A stretch of 32,906 nt of DNA from Chthoniobacter sp. (GCA_025351065.1 JANXWQ010000646.1:1-32906); one strand, 5' to 3'. Shown: positions 7,529 through 17,035, counted from the first letter of the stretch. A program made the numbers and translations. The notes: generated by a model from the sequence alone, not told the origin.

Positions 7529-10189
7529 TCAGCGCGGGTTGAACTGCACCCAGTCGAGGTTCATCAGGCCGCCTTTGCCGGGGTTGATGAAGACCGCGTA
7601 AACGTCGGTGCGAGTGCGCGGGGTGGCAGCGGGCAGCGCGCATTGCGGCTCGATCCATTTGTCCCAGCCGCCGGTGTTCGGAACTTCCACGGTGCCGAGC
7701 AGGTCGCCGGTCGGTGAGCCGGTGCGGAACTCGATTTTGCCGCCGACATTCCCCGAACTGGCGCGGGCAGTGATGCTGCCGACATCGGCGAGGTTGATGC
7801 CGGCCCATTTCGCGTAATGCTTGTCGTCAATCGCGCCGAGGCAGGGGCCGAGAATTTTCGCGCCGTGGATTTCGTCGGCGCGCTCGGCTTCGAGGCGGCG
7901 GGCGCGGAGGCTGACGCTGGCTTTGCCGCTGAGCGAGCCGGCGGGTGCGCGGCCGGCGTCGGCGTAGGTGGCTTCGAGGACAAAGGTGCCGGCGTCATCG
8001 GCTTTCGGTGCGATGACTTCGCCGGTGAGGCCGCGGGTGAGCGCGGGGCCGCCCTTGCCCTTTTCGAGGCCGAAGACCCACCGGAGCATGATGGTGACTT
8101 CGTCGGTGGTGTGCTGCGGGTGCGGGAGCATGGGCACTTCGCCCCAGACTTTGGTGCTGCCGTCGCGCACGCGCTGCACGCTGGCGTCGAGCGCGCCGGG
8201 CTGGCCGCGATACTTCGCGGCGATGTCCACGAGCGGCGGGCCGACGATCTTTTGCTCGATGGCGTGGCAGTTGAAGCAGTCGCTCGCTTTCATCAAAGCG
8301 AAGCCGGGATCGCCCGCGGCGGTCTTGCCATCGGCGCGTACGAACGAGCTGCTGACTAGCGTGCGGGCGCTGAATTCATCAGGCTTCGAGGATGATGCGC
8401 CATCCTCCGCGTCGGTCACGGAGACGGCGTATTTCACCGGCTGGCCGGGGGTGAAAAAGTCGCCGTCGAGCGGGCTGCCGAAGTTCACGACCGGCGCGGT
8501 GTTGCCCACGAGCAGAGGGACGCTCGCGGTGCCCGTCGCGCCTTTTGCATCGGACACGCGCAGCTCGGCGCGGTAGTTGCCGGGCTCCTTGATGGTGAGC
8601 TGCGGATTCGCCTCGGTGGAGACGACCGGCCCGCCGGACTGGAGCCGCCATTCGTATTTCAACGCGTCGCCTTCGTGGTCTTTCGAGCCGGCGCTGGAGA
8701 GGCTCACCGTGAGCGGCTCGCGGCCCGCGGCGTTCGTCGCGCTGGCCACGGCGACGGGCGGGAGATTGCCGTACACGTAGCTGATTTTCACGAGCTTCGA
8801 GTCCTTGTTCGCGCCCCACGTTTCGCCGTAGTCGAGCAGGTACAGGCAGTGGTCCGGGCCGAAGACCGCATCGACCGGGCGCTGGATCAGCGTCGCACCC
8901 GCGGCGATTTGCGGTTTCAGTTTTTCGATCTGCTCGGGCTTGTTGCCGAGGATGACGGCGCTCGTGAACGGCTCGATGCCAACGAGGTTCGAGTCCGCAT
9001 CCAGCCGCGCCCATTTCAGCGCGGGCCGCTCCCAATCCCAAAACAGCAGGCAGCGGTTGAAATGCTGCGGGAAGCCGTTCGTCTCCCGGACGCTCGCGCC
9101 GCAGTAATAAACCGGCCCGGCGCACGCGGTGCGGCCGCCTTCGCCCATCTCGGTGAACTCGCGCGGCTGGCGGTACGGCCAGTAGATCATCGCGGGCACG
9201 GCGGGCGGCAGGTCGCGCAGGCCGGTGTTGTTCGGGCCTTCGTTGACGGGGTGCTGCGGGTCGAAAAGCGGGCCGACGGTCTTCGTGACGTAGTCGTAAT
9301 CCGCGTAGGCGAAATTGTTCCCGACGAAATACGGCCAGCCAAAGTTGCCCGCCTTTTTCGCCTGATTGATTTCGTCGTAACCACGCGGCCCGCGCGGCCC
9401 GTCGTCGCCCGCATCGGGGCCGACCTCGCCCCAATAGACATAGCCCGTCTGTCGGTCGATCGACATGCGCCACGGATTGCGGCAGCCCATCGCGAAAATC
9501 TCGGGCCGCGTCTGCGTCGTGCCGGGCGGAAAAAGATTGCCAGCGGGGATCTCGTAAGTGCCGTCCGGCTTCGGACGGATGCGGATGATTTTTCCGTTCA
9601 GGCTGTTCGTGTTGCCCGCGGATTTCTGCGCGTCCCACGGCTCGCGGCCGGGGCGCTCGTCGAGCGGCGCGTAGCCGTTCGAGTCGGCGTGCGGATGGGT
9701 GTTGTCGCCGGTGGAAAAATAGAGGCATCCATCCGGCCCGAACCGCACCGTGCCCGCGTGATGGCAGCACTCTTTGCGCTGCTCCTCAAATTGCAGCAGC
9801 ACCTTTTCGCTGGCGAGATCGAGGGTGTCGCCGCGCATGGTGTAGCGGCTGAGGTGCTGGCCGGGAAAATCCTTCGGTGAGTGCAGGCAGTAGATCCAGC
9901 CGTTCTCGGCAAACTTCGGATCGAGCGCGAAGCCGAGGAAGCCGTTTTCCTGCCCGGTGAAAACGTCGATCTCGCCGGCCACGACGAGCTGTTTCGTGTC
10001 CGGGTGGTAGATCTTCAGCTTGCCGCCGTACTCGTTGAAAAAGATGCGCCCGTCCGGCGCGATCTCGAGTTCCATCGGCTGCGGAACGCCTTCGAACAGC
10101 GTCTCGACCTTGAAGCGGTAATCCGGCGGAACCTCGGCGGCGAATGTGGTGGAGACGGCGGCGATGAGGGCGAGAACGGGGAGGCGCAT
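7529..10189 (-). CDS. PQQ-dependent (GSDH-family) sugar dehydrogenase-like beta-propeller + PKD + class I cytochrome c + CBM6-like module (886 aa)
   Basis: Signal peptide MRLPVLALIAAVSTTFA; GFLGFALDPKF, ECCHHAG, FGPDGCLYFSTGD, GKIIRI, EIFAMGCRNPWR, DEINQ..GNFGWP; PKD (PLTVSLSSAGSKDHEGDALKYEW); heme motif CFNCH (8264-8278) with distal Met in WGEVPMLPH; CBM6-like end (VPNTGGWDKW..MNLDWVQF). Confidence 0.88.
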   Translation of the reverse strand: MRLPVLALIAAVSTTFAAEVPPDYRFKVETLFEGVPQPMELEIAPDGRIFFNEYGGKLKIYHPDTKQLVVAGEIDVFTGQENGFLGFALDPKFAENGWIYCLHSPKDFPGQHLSRYTMRGDTLDLASEKVLLQFEEQRKECCHHAGTVRFGPDGCLYFSTGDNTHPHADSNGYAPLDERPGREPWDAQKSAGNTNSLNGKIIRIRPKPDGTYEIPAGNLFPPGTTQTRPEIFAMGCRNPWRMSIDRQTGYVYWGEVGPDAGDDGPRGPRGYDEINQAKKAGNFGWPYFVGNNFAYADYDYVTKTVGPLFDPQHPVNEGPNNTGLRDLPPAVPAMIYWPYRQPREFTEMGEGGRTACAGPVYYCGASVRETNGFPQHFNRCLLFWDWERPALKWARLDADSNLVGIEPFTSAVILGNKPEQIEKLKPQIAAGATLIQRPVDAVFGPDHCLYLLDYGETWGANKDSKLVKISYVYGNLPPVAVASATNAAGREPLTVSLSSAGSKDHEGDALKYEWRLQSGGPVVSTEANPQLTIKEPGNYRAELRVSDAKGATGTASVPLLVGNTAPVVNFGSPLDGDFFTPGQPVKYAVSVTDAEDGASSSKPDEFSARTLVSSSFVRADGKTAAGDPGFALMKASDCFNCHAIEQKIVGPPLVDIAAKYRGQPGALDASVQRVRDGSTKVWGEVPMLPHPQHTTDEVTIMLRWVFGLEKGKGGPALTRGLTGEVIAPKADDAGTFVLEATYADAGRAPAGSLSGKASVSLRARRLEAERADEIHGAKILGPCLGAIDDKHYAKWAGINLADVGSITARASSGNVGGKIEFRTGSPTGDLLGTVEVPNTGGWDKWIEPQCALPAATPRTRTDVYAVFINPGKGGLMNLDWVQFNPR

Positions 10190-10350
10190 GGCGGGAAATG
10201 TTTCGTGGCAATACGTCGCGGGCGGAAATCTTAGCGAGGGATTTGCGCGGGGCGGGACGCCAATCACTGCCGCGTTTTTTTTATGCTGCGCGGGGCGGGC
10301 GCTCCGGCAGTAGTCTCCGCGTCCGCCCTTTCGCGAAAACCAAGCCACCC

Positions 10351-13300
10351 ATGAAGCTCGCCGCCTCGCTCCTCGCCTGCGCCCTCGCCTCCACCCTGCT
10401 CGCCGATGACACCCGCATCGACGCGCGGATGATGCAGATGCCCGCCGTTTCCAAAACACAGATCGCGTTTGTCTATGCGGGCGACATTTGGATCGCGCCG
10501 AAAGCCGGGGGCGCGGCGGTGCGGCTGAGCACGCCGCGCGGAGCGGAATCGTTCCCGCGGTTTTCGCCGGACGGGACGCAGCTCGCCTTCAGTGGAAACT
10601 ACGACGGCAATGCCGATGTGTACGTGATGCCGGCAGGCGGCGGGGAGCCGCGGCGTATCACGCACCACGGCGCGAATGACCGGCTGCTCGGCTGGTATCC
10701 CGACGGGCAGGCGCTGCTTTTTGCCTCGCACATGATGAGCTTCACGGATCGCGCGGCGCAGCTTTTCAAAGTCGCCGCGACGGGCGGGCTGCCGGAAAAA
10801 CTGCCGGTGCCATACGGCGAATTCGGCGCGATCTCGCCGGACGGAAAACTGCTCGCCTACACGCCGATCTCGACGGATTTCGCGACGTGGAAACGCTACC
10901 GCGGCGGCATGGCGCCGGACGTGTGGCTTTTCGATCTGGAGAAAAAAACGGCGGAGAACGTGACCCACAATGACGCCAACGACTCCCAGCCGATGTGGCA
11001 CGGCTCGACGCTCTATTTTCTCTCCGACCGCGACGAGCACGCGCACGCGAACCTCTGGGCCTACGACCCGCAGACCAAGGCGACGCGGCAGGTCACGAAA
11101 TTCACCGACGCCGATGTGCATTTCCCGAGCATCGGGCCGGATGAGATCGTGTTTGAAAATGGCGGGCGGCTGCATCTGCTCGACCTCGCGAGCGGGCAGA
11201 CGCGCGAGGTGCAGATCACCGTCGTGACCGACCGCGCGACGCTCCGCCCGCGCACGATCAACGTGACGAATTTCACGCGCGACTCGGCGCTGTCGCCGAC
11301 CGGAAAGCGGGCGCTATTCGAGGCGCGCGGGGAGATTTTCAGCGTGCCGGCGGAGCACGGCATCGTGCGCAATCTCACCGAATCGAGCGGCGTCGCGGAG
11401 CGCTATCCCGCGTGGTCGCCGGATGGGAAATGGATCGCCTATTTTTCCGACCGCACCGGCGAGTATGAGCTGACCCTGCGCCCCGCCGACGGCAAGGGCG
11501 CGGAGCAGGTGCAGACGCAGCTCGGCGCGGGCTGGCGCTATTCGCCGCAGTGGTCGCCGGACGCGAAGAAGATCGTCTTCATCGACAGCGCCATGCGCGT
11601 GCATCTGCACGACGTGGCGACGAAGCAGTCCGAGGTCATCGACAAGGCGCTGTCGTTTTACCACGGCGAGCTGGAGCGTTTCCGCGTGATGTGGAGCGCG
11701 GACAGCCGGTGGATCGCCTACGCGCGCGACCAGGAGAATGACCAGCGCGCCATCATCCTCTATGACACGCACGAGAAGAAACGGCAGCAGGTGACGAGCG
11801 GGTTTTTCGACGACGATCTGCCGGTCTTCGACCCGGACGGGAAGTACCTCTACTACCGCTCGAAGCGCATCTTCGAGCCGCTCTATAGCGAGTCGGACAA
11901 CACTTGGATTTACACCAACGGCGAGCAACTCGTGGCCGTGCCGCTGCGCAAGGACACGGCCTCGCCGCTCGCCCCGCGCGACGACGAGGAGCCGATGAAA
12001 AAGGACGCGCCCGCGCCGGAAAAGAAGGACGAAAAACCGGCGGAGGAACCGAAGCCAGAGGAGAAAAAAGACGAGCCGAAAAAGGACGAGGAGAAGAAAG
12101 GTGAGCTGGCGCTCAAGCCGGCAAAACCGGGCTCCGAAAAATCGCCGGACGGCACCGCCGAAAGCGTGAAGGATTTCCAAAAGGAAGTGGAGAAAGTGAC
12201 CGCCAAGGAGAAGCCGGAGGACAAAAAGCCGAAGCCGGTGCTGATTGACCTCGACGGCTTCGAAGCGCGCGGCGTGGTGCTGCCGGTGGGCGGCGGGCAC
12301 TTCGACAATCTGCTGGCGGCGCAGGGCAAGGTGATCTTCCGCTGGCCGCCGCGCGTGGGTTCGCGCGGGGGGGCGAGCCCGCTGTCGTACTGGGATTTGG
12401 AGAAGCGCGAGGAGAAGCAGATTCTCGACGACTGCGGCGGCGCGGAACTTTCCGCCGACGGCAAAAAACTGCTGCTCAAAAAGGGCGGCACCTGGGGCAT
12501 CGTGAACGTGGCCGAGGGGCAGAAGCTGGACAAGCCGCTGGCCACGGGGAGCTTCGACGTGACGGTCGATCCGGCGGCGGAATGGCGGCAGATTTTCAAC
12601 GACGCGTGGCGGATCGAGCGCGACTTTTTCTACGACCCCGGCATGCACGGGCTCGACTGGAAAGCGATGCGCGACCGCTACGGCAAGCTGCTCGGCGACG
12701 CGGTGACGCGCTGGGATGTGAACTACGTGCTCGGCGAAATGCTCGGCGAGCTGAACGTCTCGCATGCCTACCGCGGCGGCGGCGACACCGAGGAAGCATG
12801 GGTGCGCGGCGTCGGCTATCTCGGGTGCGATTTCACGCTCGATCAAGGCGCGTATCGCATCGCGCACATCCTCGAAGCCGCGCCGTGGGACAACGCGAAA
12901 TCGCCGCTGAAGCAGCCGGGCGTGAAGGTGGCCGAGGGTGACTGGCTGCTCGCCGTCGATGGCCGCGCGCTCGATGTGAAGGACGATCCGTGGGCGGCGT
13001 TCCAAGGGCTCGCCGACCGCGCGGTACTGCTGACCGTGAACGACAAGCCGAACCGCGAGGGCGCGCGCGACGTGCTCGTGCAAACGCTCGGCAGCGAGAC
13101 CACGCTCCGGCATCAGGCGTGGATCGAGGCGAACCGCAAGCGCGTGGACACCGCCAGCGGCGGGCAGATCGGCTACGTCTATGTGCCCAACACCGGCGTG
13201 GACGGGCAGAGCAATCTCTACGCACAGTTCCGCGCGCAGTTTTCCAAACCGGGGCTCATCATCGATGAGCGGTGGAACGCGGGCGGACAGATTCCCGACC

Positions 13301-13770
13301 GCTTCATCGAGCTGCTCGGGCGGCAGGTGACGAACTACTGGAAGGTGCGCGACGGGCAGGACTGGCAGACGCCGCACATCGCCCACGCCGGCCCGAAGGC
13401 CATGCTTGCCAATGGCTGGAGCGGCTCGGGCGGCGACTGCTTCCCGTGGCTTTTTCAGAAAAACGGCCTCGGCCCCGTCATCGGCCAGCGCACTTGGGGC
13501 GGGCTCATCGGCATGACCGGAGCGCCGCTGCTCATTGATGGCGGGCATGTAACGGTGCCGACTTTCAGCATCTACGACACGACCGGCGAATGGGTCATCG
13601 AAGGCCACGGCGTTGATCCCGACATCGCCGTGACCGACGATCCCGCGGAGCTGGCGAAAGGCGTTGACCCGCAGCTTGAGCGGGCCATCGACGAGGTGAA
13701 GAAATCGCTCCTCGCCAAACCGCCGCTCGCCCCGAAAAAACCCGCGTATCCCAACCGCGCACCGAAATAA
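10351..13770 (+). CDS. Tricorn protease homolog (S41 family) with PD40 propellers and PDZ domain (1139 aa)
   Basis: Signal peptide; IAFVYAGDIW, repeated P.(F/W)SPDG, WKRYRGG, ERDFFYDPGMHGLDW, LNVSHAY, IGYVYVPNT, LIIDERWNAGG, catalytic region NGWSGSGGDCFP, GQRTWGG, EGHGVDPDI, DPQLERAI. Start ATG 10351. Confidence 0.95.
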   Translation: MKLAASLLACALASTLLADDTRIDARMMQMPAVSKTQIAFVYAGDIWIAPKAGGAAVRLSTPRGAESFPRFSPDGTQLAFSGNYDGNADVYVMPAGGGEPRRITHHGANDRLLGWYPDGQALLFASHMMSFTDRAAQLFKVAATGGLPEKLPVPYGEFGAISPDGKLLAYTPISTDFATWKRYRGGMAPDVWLFDLEKKTAENVTHNDANDSQPMWHGSTLYFLSDRDEHAHANLWAYDPQTKATRQVTKFTDADVHFPSIGPDEIVFENGGRLHLLDLASGQTREVQITVVTDRATLRPRTINVTNFTRDSALSPTGKRALFEARGEIFSVPAEHGIVRNLTESSGVAERYPAWSPDGKWIAYFSDRTGEYELTLRPADGKGAEQVQTQLGAGWRYSPQWSPDAKKIVFIDSAMRVHLHDVATKQSEVIDKALSFYHGELERFRVMWSADSRWIAYARDQENDQRAIILYDTHEKKRQQVTSGFFDDDLPVFDPDGKYLYYRSKRIFEPLYSESDNTWIYTNGEQLVAVPLRKDTASPLAPRDDEEPMKKDAPAPEKKDEKPAEEPKPEEKKDEPKKDEEKKGELALKPAKPGSEKSPDGTAESVKDFQKEVEKVTAKEKPEDKKPKPVLIDLDGFEARGVVLPVGGGHFDNLLAAQGKVIFRWPPRVGSRGGASPLSYWDLEKREEKQILDDCGGAELSADGKKLLLKKGGTWGIVNVAEGQKLDKPLATGSFDVTVDPAAEWRQIFNDAWRIERDFFYDPGMHGLDWKAMRDRYGKLLGDAVTRWDVNYVLGEMLGELNVSHAYRGGGDTEEAWVRGVGYLGCDFTLDQGAYRIAHILEAAPWDNAKSPLKQPGVKVAEGDWLLAVDGRALDVKDDPWAAFQGLADRAVLLTVNDKPNREGARDVLVQTLGSETTLRHQAWIEANRKRVDTASGGQIGYVYVPNTGVDGQSNLYAQFRAQFSKPGLIIDERWNAGGQIPDRFIELLGRQVTNYWKVRDGQDWQTPHIAHAGPKAMLANGWSGSGGDCFPWLFQKNGLGPVIGQRTWGGLIGMTGAPLLIDGGHVTVPTFSIYDTTGEWVIEGHGVDPDIAVTDDPAELAKGVDPQLERAIDEVKKSLLAKPPLAPKKPAYPNRAPK

Positions 13771-13779
13771 AATCCGCCC

Positions 13780-14226
13780 ATGAACCCGATCCCCACCGCC
13801 ATCGAAACCGCCGCCGCCAGCGGCGACCTCAGCGCCGCGCTCGCCGCGACCGTCGCGCATTTCGGCTGCCAGGCCGGCACCATCCACCTGCTGCGCGAAG
13901 GCGTACTGAAACTCGCGGCGCATCACAACATCCCGCCGCCCGTCGTGCAGATCATCGGCACCGTGCCGGTTGGGAAAGGCATCGCCGGTCTCGCCGCCGA
14001 GCGCCGCGAGCCGGTGACGATTTGCAACCTCCAGACCGACACCTCCGGCCAAGCGCGACCCGGCGCGAAGGCCACCGGCATGGAAGGCGCCCTCGCCGTG
14101 CCGATGCTGGCCGGCGGCGAACTGCGCGGCGTGCTCGGCATCGCCAAAGCCGACGCTTACGACTGGCCCGAGCCTGAGACCGCGCTCGTCCTCGCCATCG
14201 CCGCGCGCCTCAGCGCGCTGGCGTGA
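13780..14226 (+). CDS. Stand-alone GAF domain protein
   Basis: AGTIHLL..VPVGKGIAGLAAERREPVTICNLQTD..ALAVPM..LRGVLGIA; starts 9 nt after the tricorn stop. Confidence 0.85.
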   Translation: MNPIPTAIETAAASGDLSAALAATVAHFGCQAGTIHLLREGVLKLAAHHNIPPPVVQIIGTVPVGKGIAGLAAERREPVTICNLQTDTSGQARPGAKATGMEGALAVPMLAGGELRGVLGIAKADAYDWPEPETALVLAIAARLSALA

Positions 14227-14884
14227 GCCGCCCGGCGATCAGCCAGGGCAGATAGATGGCGGCGAAGCAGGCCACGGCGGTGGCGTTGATCGCGACGACG
14301 TAGAGCCAGTGCTGATCGGGGAAAAGATCGAGCAGGGTGCGCTGCTCGGGACGGTGAGCGAGGAAGCCGTAGTTCGCGCCGGTCAGCGCGTTCGCCGCGA
14401 GCGCGGCGGCGAGATAAACCTCCGACCACACCAGCACGCGCCGCAGTCCGCGCGGGCGCATCTTTGGCACGAGCAGGAGAAAGAGCACGCCGGCGACGAT
14501 GCCTGCGTGGTCGAGAAAAAAACCGAGCTGCCGCCACCACGCGACGCTGGTGGCAATGGCCGGGGTGAACAGCGCCTGCAGCGTCCCGCACAGCCCCCAG
14601 AAATAGCCCAGCTCGAAGCACGTCTGCGACCGCCCGAGTAGCGCGCCGACGACCGCGAACAGCGCCCAGTCGCAGAGCTGCATCGGCAGCCCATCGCGCG
14701 CGGTGAGGCCGCCTTCGCAAAATTTCTGCACCAGCCCGGCGGCATAGACCGCGAGCAGCAGCGCGGCGATGGCGCGGGAAAAATTCCGCTCAAGCTGCGG
14801 ATGTGGACGCCGCCGGTGCATGGCCCACAGCGCGAGCGGGCCGAGCACGGCGAGGGCGAGCGAGCCGATTTGCAGCGGGGACAC
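14210..14884 (-). CDS. TIGR02206/YwaF-family integral membrane protein
   Basis: LPMQLCD, YFWGLCGTLQALFTP, FFLDHAGI, GANYGFL, LLDLFP; several hydrophobic helices; GTG start. Confidence 0.85.
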   Translation of the reverse strand: MSPLQIGSLALAVLGPLALWAMHRRRPHPQLERNFSRAIAALLLAVYAAGLVQKFCEGGLTARDGLPMQLCDWALFAVVGALLGRSQTCFELGYFWGLCGTLQALFTPAIATSVAWWRQLGFFLDHAGIVAGVLFLLLVPKMRPRGLRRVLVWSEVYLAAALAANALTGANYGFLAHRPEQRTLLDLFPDQHWLYVVAINATAVACFAAIYLPWLIAGRLTPAR

Positions 14885-14891
14885 GGGCGCA

Positions 14892-14920
14892 GGCTTAGCC
14901 GCGGAAACGCGCGGCGTCGA
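14892..14920 (-). promoter_or_regulatory. Putative promoter giving a leaderless YwaF-like transcript
   Basis: Minus strand TCGACG (14920-14915), 17-nt spacer, TAAGCC (14897-14892), 7 nt, then the GTG start at 14884. Confidence 0.4.
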
Positions 14921-14949
14921 GCGCGCTGCCGCATCCGACTTTACCTCCC

Positions 14950-14997
14950 AAAAAAAACCCGCCGGTCAGCGGCGCTCGCGCGCACTGACCGGCGGGT
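14950..14997 (-). terminator. Rho-independent terminator of the DUF3467 gene
   Basis: 13-bp perfect stem ACCCGCCGGTCAG (14957-14969) / CTGACCGGCGGGT (14985-14997), followed on the minus strand by a T8 run (A-run 14950-14957); 28 nt after the stop at 15026. Confidence 0.85.
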
Positions 14998-15025
14998 GGG
15001 ATTCGATTTTGGGCCGACGCGCTGC

Positions 15026-15340
15026 CTAACTTTCGATCGCGGGCGCGGGCTCGACGGGCGTGGGCGGCACCTGCGGCGGGTTGACCTGCACGACCTGGAA
15101 ATTCTGCGTGGTCTGGGCGAGGAGCTGGGCGAGGCGCACGACGCCGGAGGGCGTCATGGCGATGCGCGTGTGGATCGGCATCACGGACACGCCGGGCCGG
15201 TCCGCGACGATGCCGGAGGTGAAGTCGATATAGACCTCCTCGGCGCCGACGCTCACGAGCGCATGGTTGGCATAGCGCGCGGTGAAATTTTCGTATTTGA
15301 GTTGCAGGGACTGCTGGGGTTGTTGCGGTTGGTTGGACAT
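15026..15340 (-). CDS. DUF3467-family small protein (104 aa)
   Basis: ARYANHALVSVGAEEVYIDF...HTRIAMTPSGVVRLAQLL pattern; Q/P-rich termini; ATG 15340 with promoter motif upstream and terminator downstream. Confidence 0.8.
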   Translation of the reverse strand: MSNQPQQPQQSLQLKYENFTARYANHALVSVGAEEVYIDFTSGIVADRPGVSVMPIHTRIAMTPSGVVRLAQLLAQTTQNFQVVQVNPPQVPPTPVEPAPAIES

Positions 15341-15350
15341 AGGGCCGACT

Positions 15351-15378
15351 GCTTTAGCAGCGCGCCGTTCCTTTGCAA
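15351..15378 (-). promoter_or_regulatory. Putative extended -10 promoter for the DUF3467 gene
   Basis: Minus strand TTGCAA (15378-15373), 16-nt spacer ending TGC, TAAAGC (15356-15351), 10 nt before ATG. Confidence 0.4.
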
Positions 15379-15428
15379 CCGGACTTATCCGCGCCGCAAA
15401 AGTCGCGTCGTAAATCTCGCGCGAGGGC

Positions 15429-15452
15429 GGGGCAAGCTGGCAGCCTGCCCAC
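15429..15452 (-). repeat. Degenerate copy of the GCTGCCAGC-centred REP family
   Basis: Minus strand GTGGGCAGGCTGCCAGCTTGCCCC, a hairpin with the same GCTGCCAGCTT core as 17771-17794 and 1922-1945. Confidence 0.6.
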
Positions 15453-15466
15453 CCCATTCACGCCCC

Positions 15467-16603
15467 ATGCCGGTCGAAAAACTCACCGCCCTTTTCCACG
15501 AAAACTTCGCCGCGTTCGGCGAACTCGGCGCGTCGGTCTGCGTGTGGCGGGACGGGCGCGAGGTGCTGTCGCTCGGCGGCGGATGGAAAGACCGCGCGTG
15601 CTCCGCGGCGTGGACGGCGGAGACGCCGGTGCTGTTTTGGTCGGCGACGAAAGGGCTCGCCGCCGCGTGCCTGCTGCATGCCTGCCAGGATTACGCGGTC
15701 TCGCCGCTCACGCGAGTGGGGGAGGTGTGGCCGGAGTTTGCGCAGGCGGGGAAGGCGAGCGTGACCATCGCGGAACTGCTTTCGCACCAGGCCGGCCTCG
15801 CGGCGCTCTCGCGCGAGGCGGATGCGCTGGATCACGCGGCGGTCGCGGCGGCGCTCGCGGCGGAGGCGCCGCAGTGGCCGCTGGGCGCGGGGCACGGCTA
15901 TCATCCGCGGACGTTTGGCTATCTCGTGGATGAAGTGCTCCGCCGCCTCACCGGCGGCGTGACGCTGCGCGAGTACTGGCGCGCGCAGTTTGCCGAACCG
16001 CTCGGCCTCGACGTCTGGATCGGCATGCCGCCGGAGCGCGCGGCCGAGGCGTCGGCCATTTTCCCCGCGAAAACCGCGCCGCCCAAAGGCGATCCGTTTT
16101 ACACCGCCTTCCTCACGCCCGGCTCGCTGACCGCCCGCGCTTTTGCCTCGCCGCGCGGCCTGCACAGCGTGGCGTCGATGAATTCGCCCGAAGCACGCGC
16201 GTCGTCGTTCGGCGCGTTCGGCGGCATCGGCACGGCGCGCGGGCTGGCGAAATTCTACGCGCTGCTCGCGGGCGGCGGCGTGCTGGACGGGCAGCGCTTT
16301 TTCGAGCCGTCGGCGCTTGATTGGATGACTACGACGCTCACCCAAGGCCCGGACCGCGTGCTGCAAATCGAGACCGCGTTTTCCGCCGGCTTCATGCGCG
16401 ATCCGCTCGGCACCGATGGCAGAAAACTCCGCGTGCATTTCGGCCCGTCGCCCCGCGCCTTCGGCCATCCCGGCGCGGGCGGCAGCCACGCCTTCGCCGA
16501 CCCGCACACCGGCACCTCTTTCGCCTACGTGATGAACCAGATGGAGCCCGGCGTTTTGCCCGGCCCCAAATGCCTGCGCCTCATCGCCGCGCTCTACGCC
16601 TGA
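15467..16603 (+). CDS. Serine hydrolase, beta-lactamase-related (family VIII esterase-like; 378 aa)
   Basis: GASVCVWRDG, SxxK (FWSATKG), LLSHQAGL, HGYHPRTFG, AFGHPGAGGS.AFADP; start ATG 15467. Confidence 0.92.
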   Translation: MPVEKLTALFHENFAAFGELGASVCVWRDGREVLSLGGGWKDRACSAAWTAETPVLFWSATKGLAAACLLHACQDYAVSPLTRVGEVWPEFAQAGKASVTIAELLSHQAGLAALSREADALDHAAVAAALAAEAPQWPLGAGHGYHPRTFGYLVDEVLRRLTGGVTLREYWRAQFAEPLGLDVWIGMPPERAAEASAIFPAKTAPPKGDPFYTAFLTPGSLTARAFASPRGLHSVASMNSPEARASSFGAFGGIGTARGLAKFYALLAGGGVLDGQRFFEPSALDWMTTTLTQGPDRVLQIETAFSAGFMRDPLGTDGRKLRVHFGPSPRAFGHPGAGGSHAFADPHTGTSFAYVMNQMEPGVLPGPKCLRLIAALYA

Positions 16604-16608
16604 CACGG

Positions 16609-17028
16609 CTACACGCCGAGCACCGTCACGACGACATTCCGCCGGTGCGGCGCACGGCGGTGCTCGAAAAGAAAGATCCCCTGCCACGTCCCGAGCTGCA
16701 TGCGCCCGAGCGCGATGGGCACGACCTCACTGGTGCGCGTGAGCACCATGCGGAGGTGCGAGGGCATGTCGTCCGGCCCCTCGGCGGTGTGGACAAAGTA
16801 GCCCTCGTCCTCCGGGCACAGCCGCTCGAAGAACGCGTGCAGATCGGTGCGCGCGGACGGGTCGGCGTTTTCGTAGATGACGAGCGAGGCGCTGGTGTGC
16901 TGGACGAAAACGGTCGCCGTGCCGGTCTGCACGCCGCTTTCGCGCACGAGCCGCGCGACTTCGGTCGTGATTTCGCAGGTGCCCTTGCCGCGCGTGCTGA
17001 CGGTGAAAATGGAGGTGCGGGCGATCAT
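16609..17028 (-). CDS. yjbQ: YjbQ/UPF0047 family protein (secondary thiamine-phosphate synthase)
   Basis: FVQHTSASLVIYENADPS, HTAEGPDDMPSH, LGTWQGIFLFEHR. Confidence 0.93.
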   Translation of the reverse strand: MIARTSIFTVSTRGKGTCEITTEVARLVRESGVQTGTATVFVQHTSASLVIYENADPSARTDLHAFFERLCPEDEGYFVHTAEGPDDMPSHLRMVLTRTSEVVPIALGRMQLGTWQGIFLFEHRRAPHRRNVVVTVLGV

Positions 17029-17035
17029 CTCCCGG

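Noticed and set aside
11314-14052. 912-aa minus-strand ORF
   Set aside because: Antisense mirror of the tricorn and GAF genes; no recognisable domain.
14801-15466. N-terminal 222 aa of the 600-aa ORF
   Set aside because: Overlaps the DUF3467 gene and its terminator; hydrolase homology starts at ATG 15467.
15467-16603. Antibiotic-resistance beta-lactamase call
   Set aside because: No signal peptide; LLSHQAG, HGYH and FGHPGAGG fit family VIII esterase-like hydrolases.
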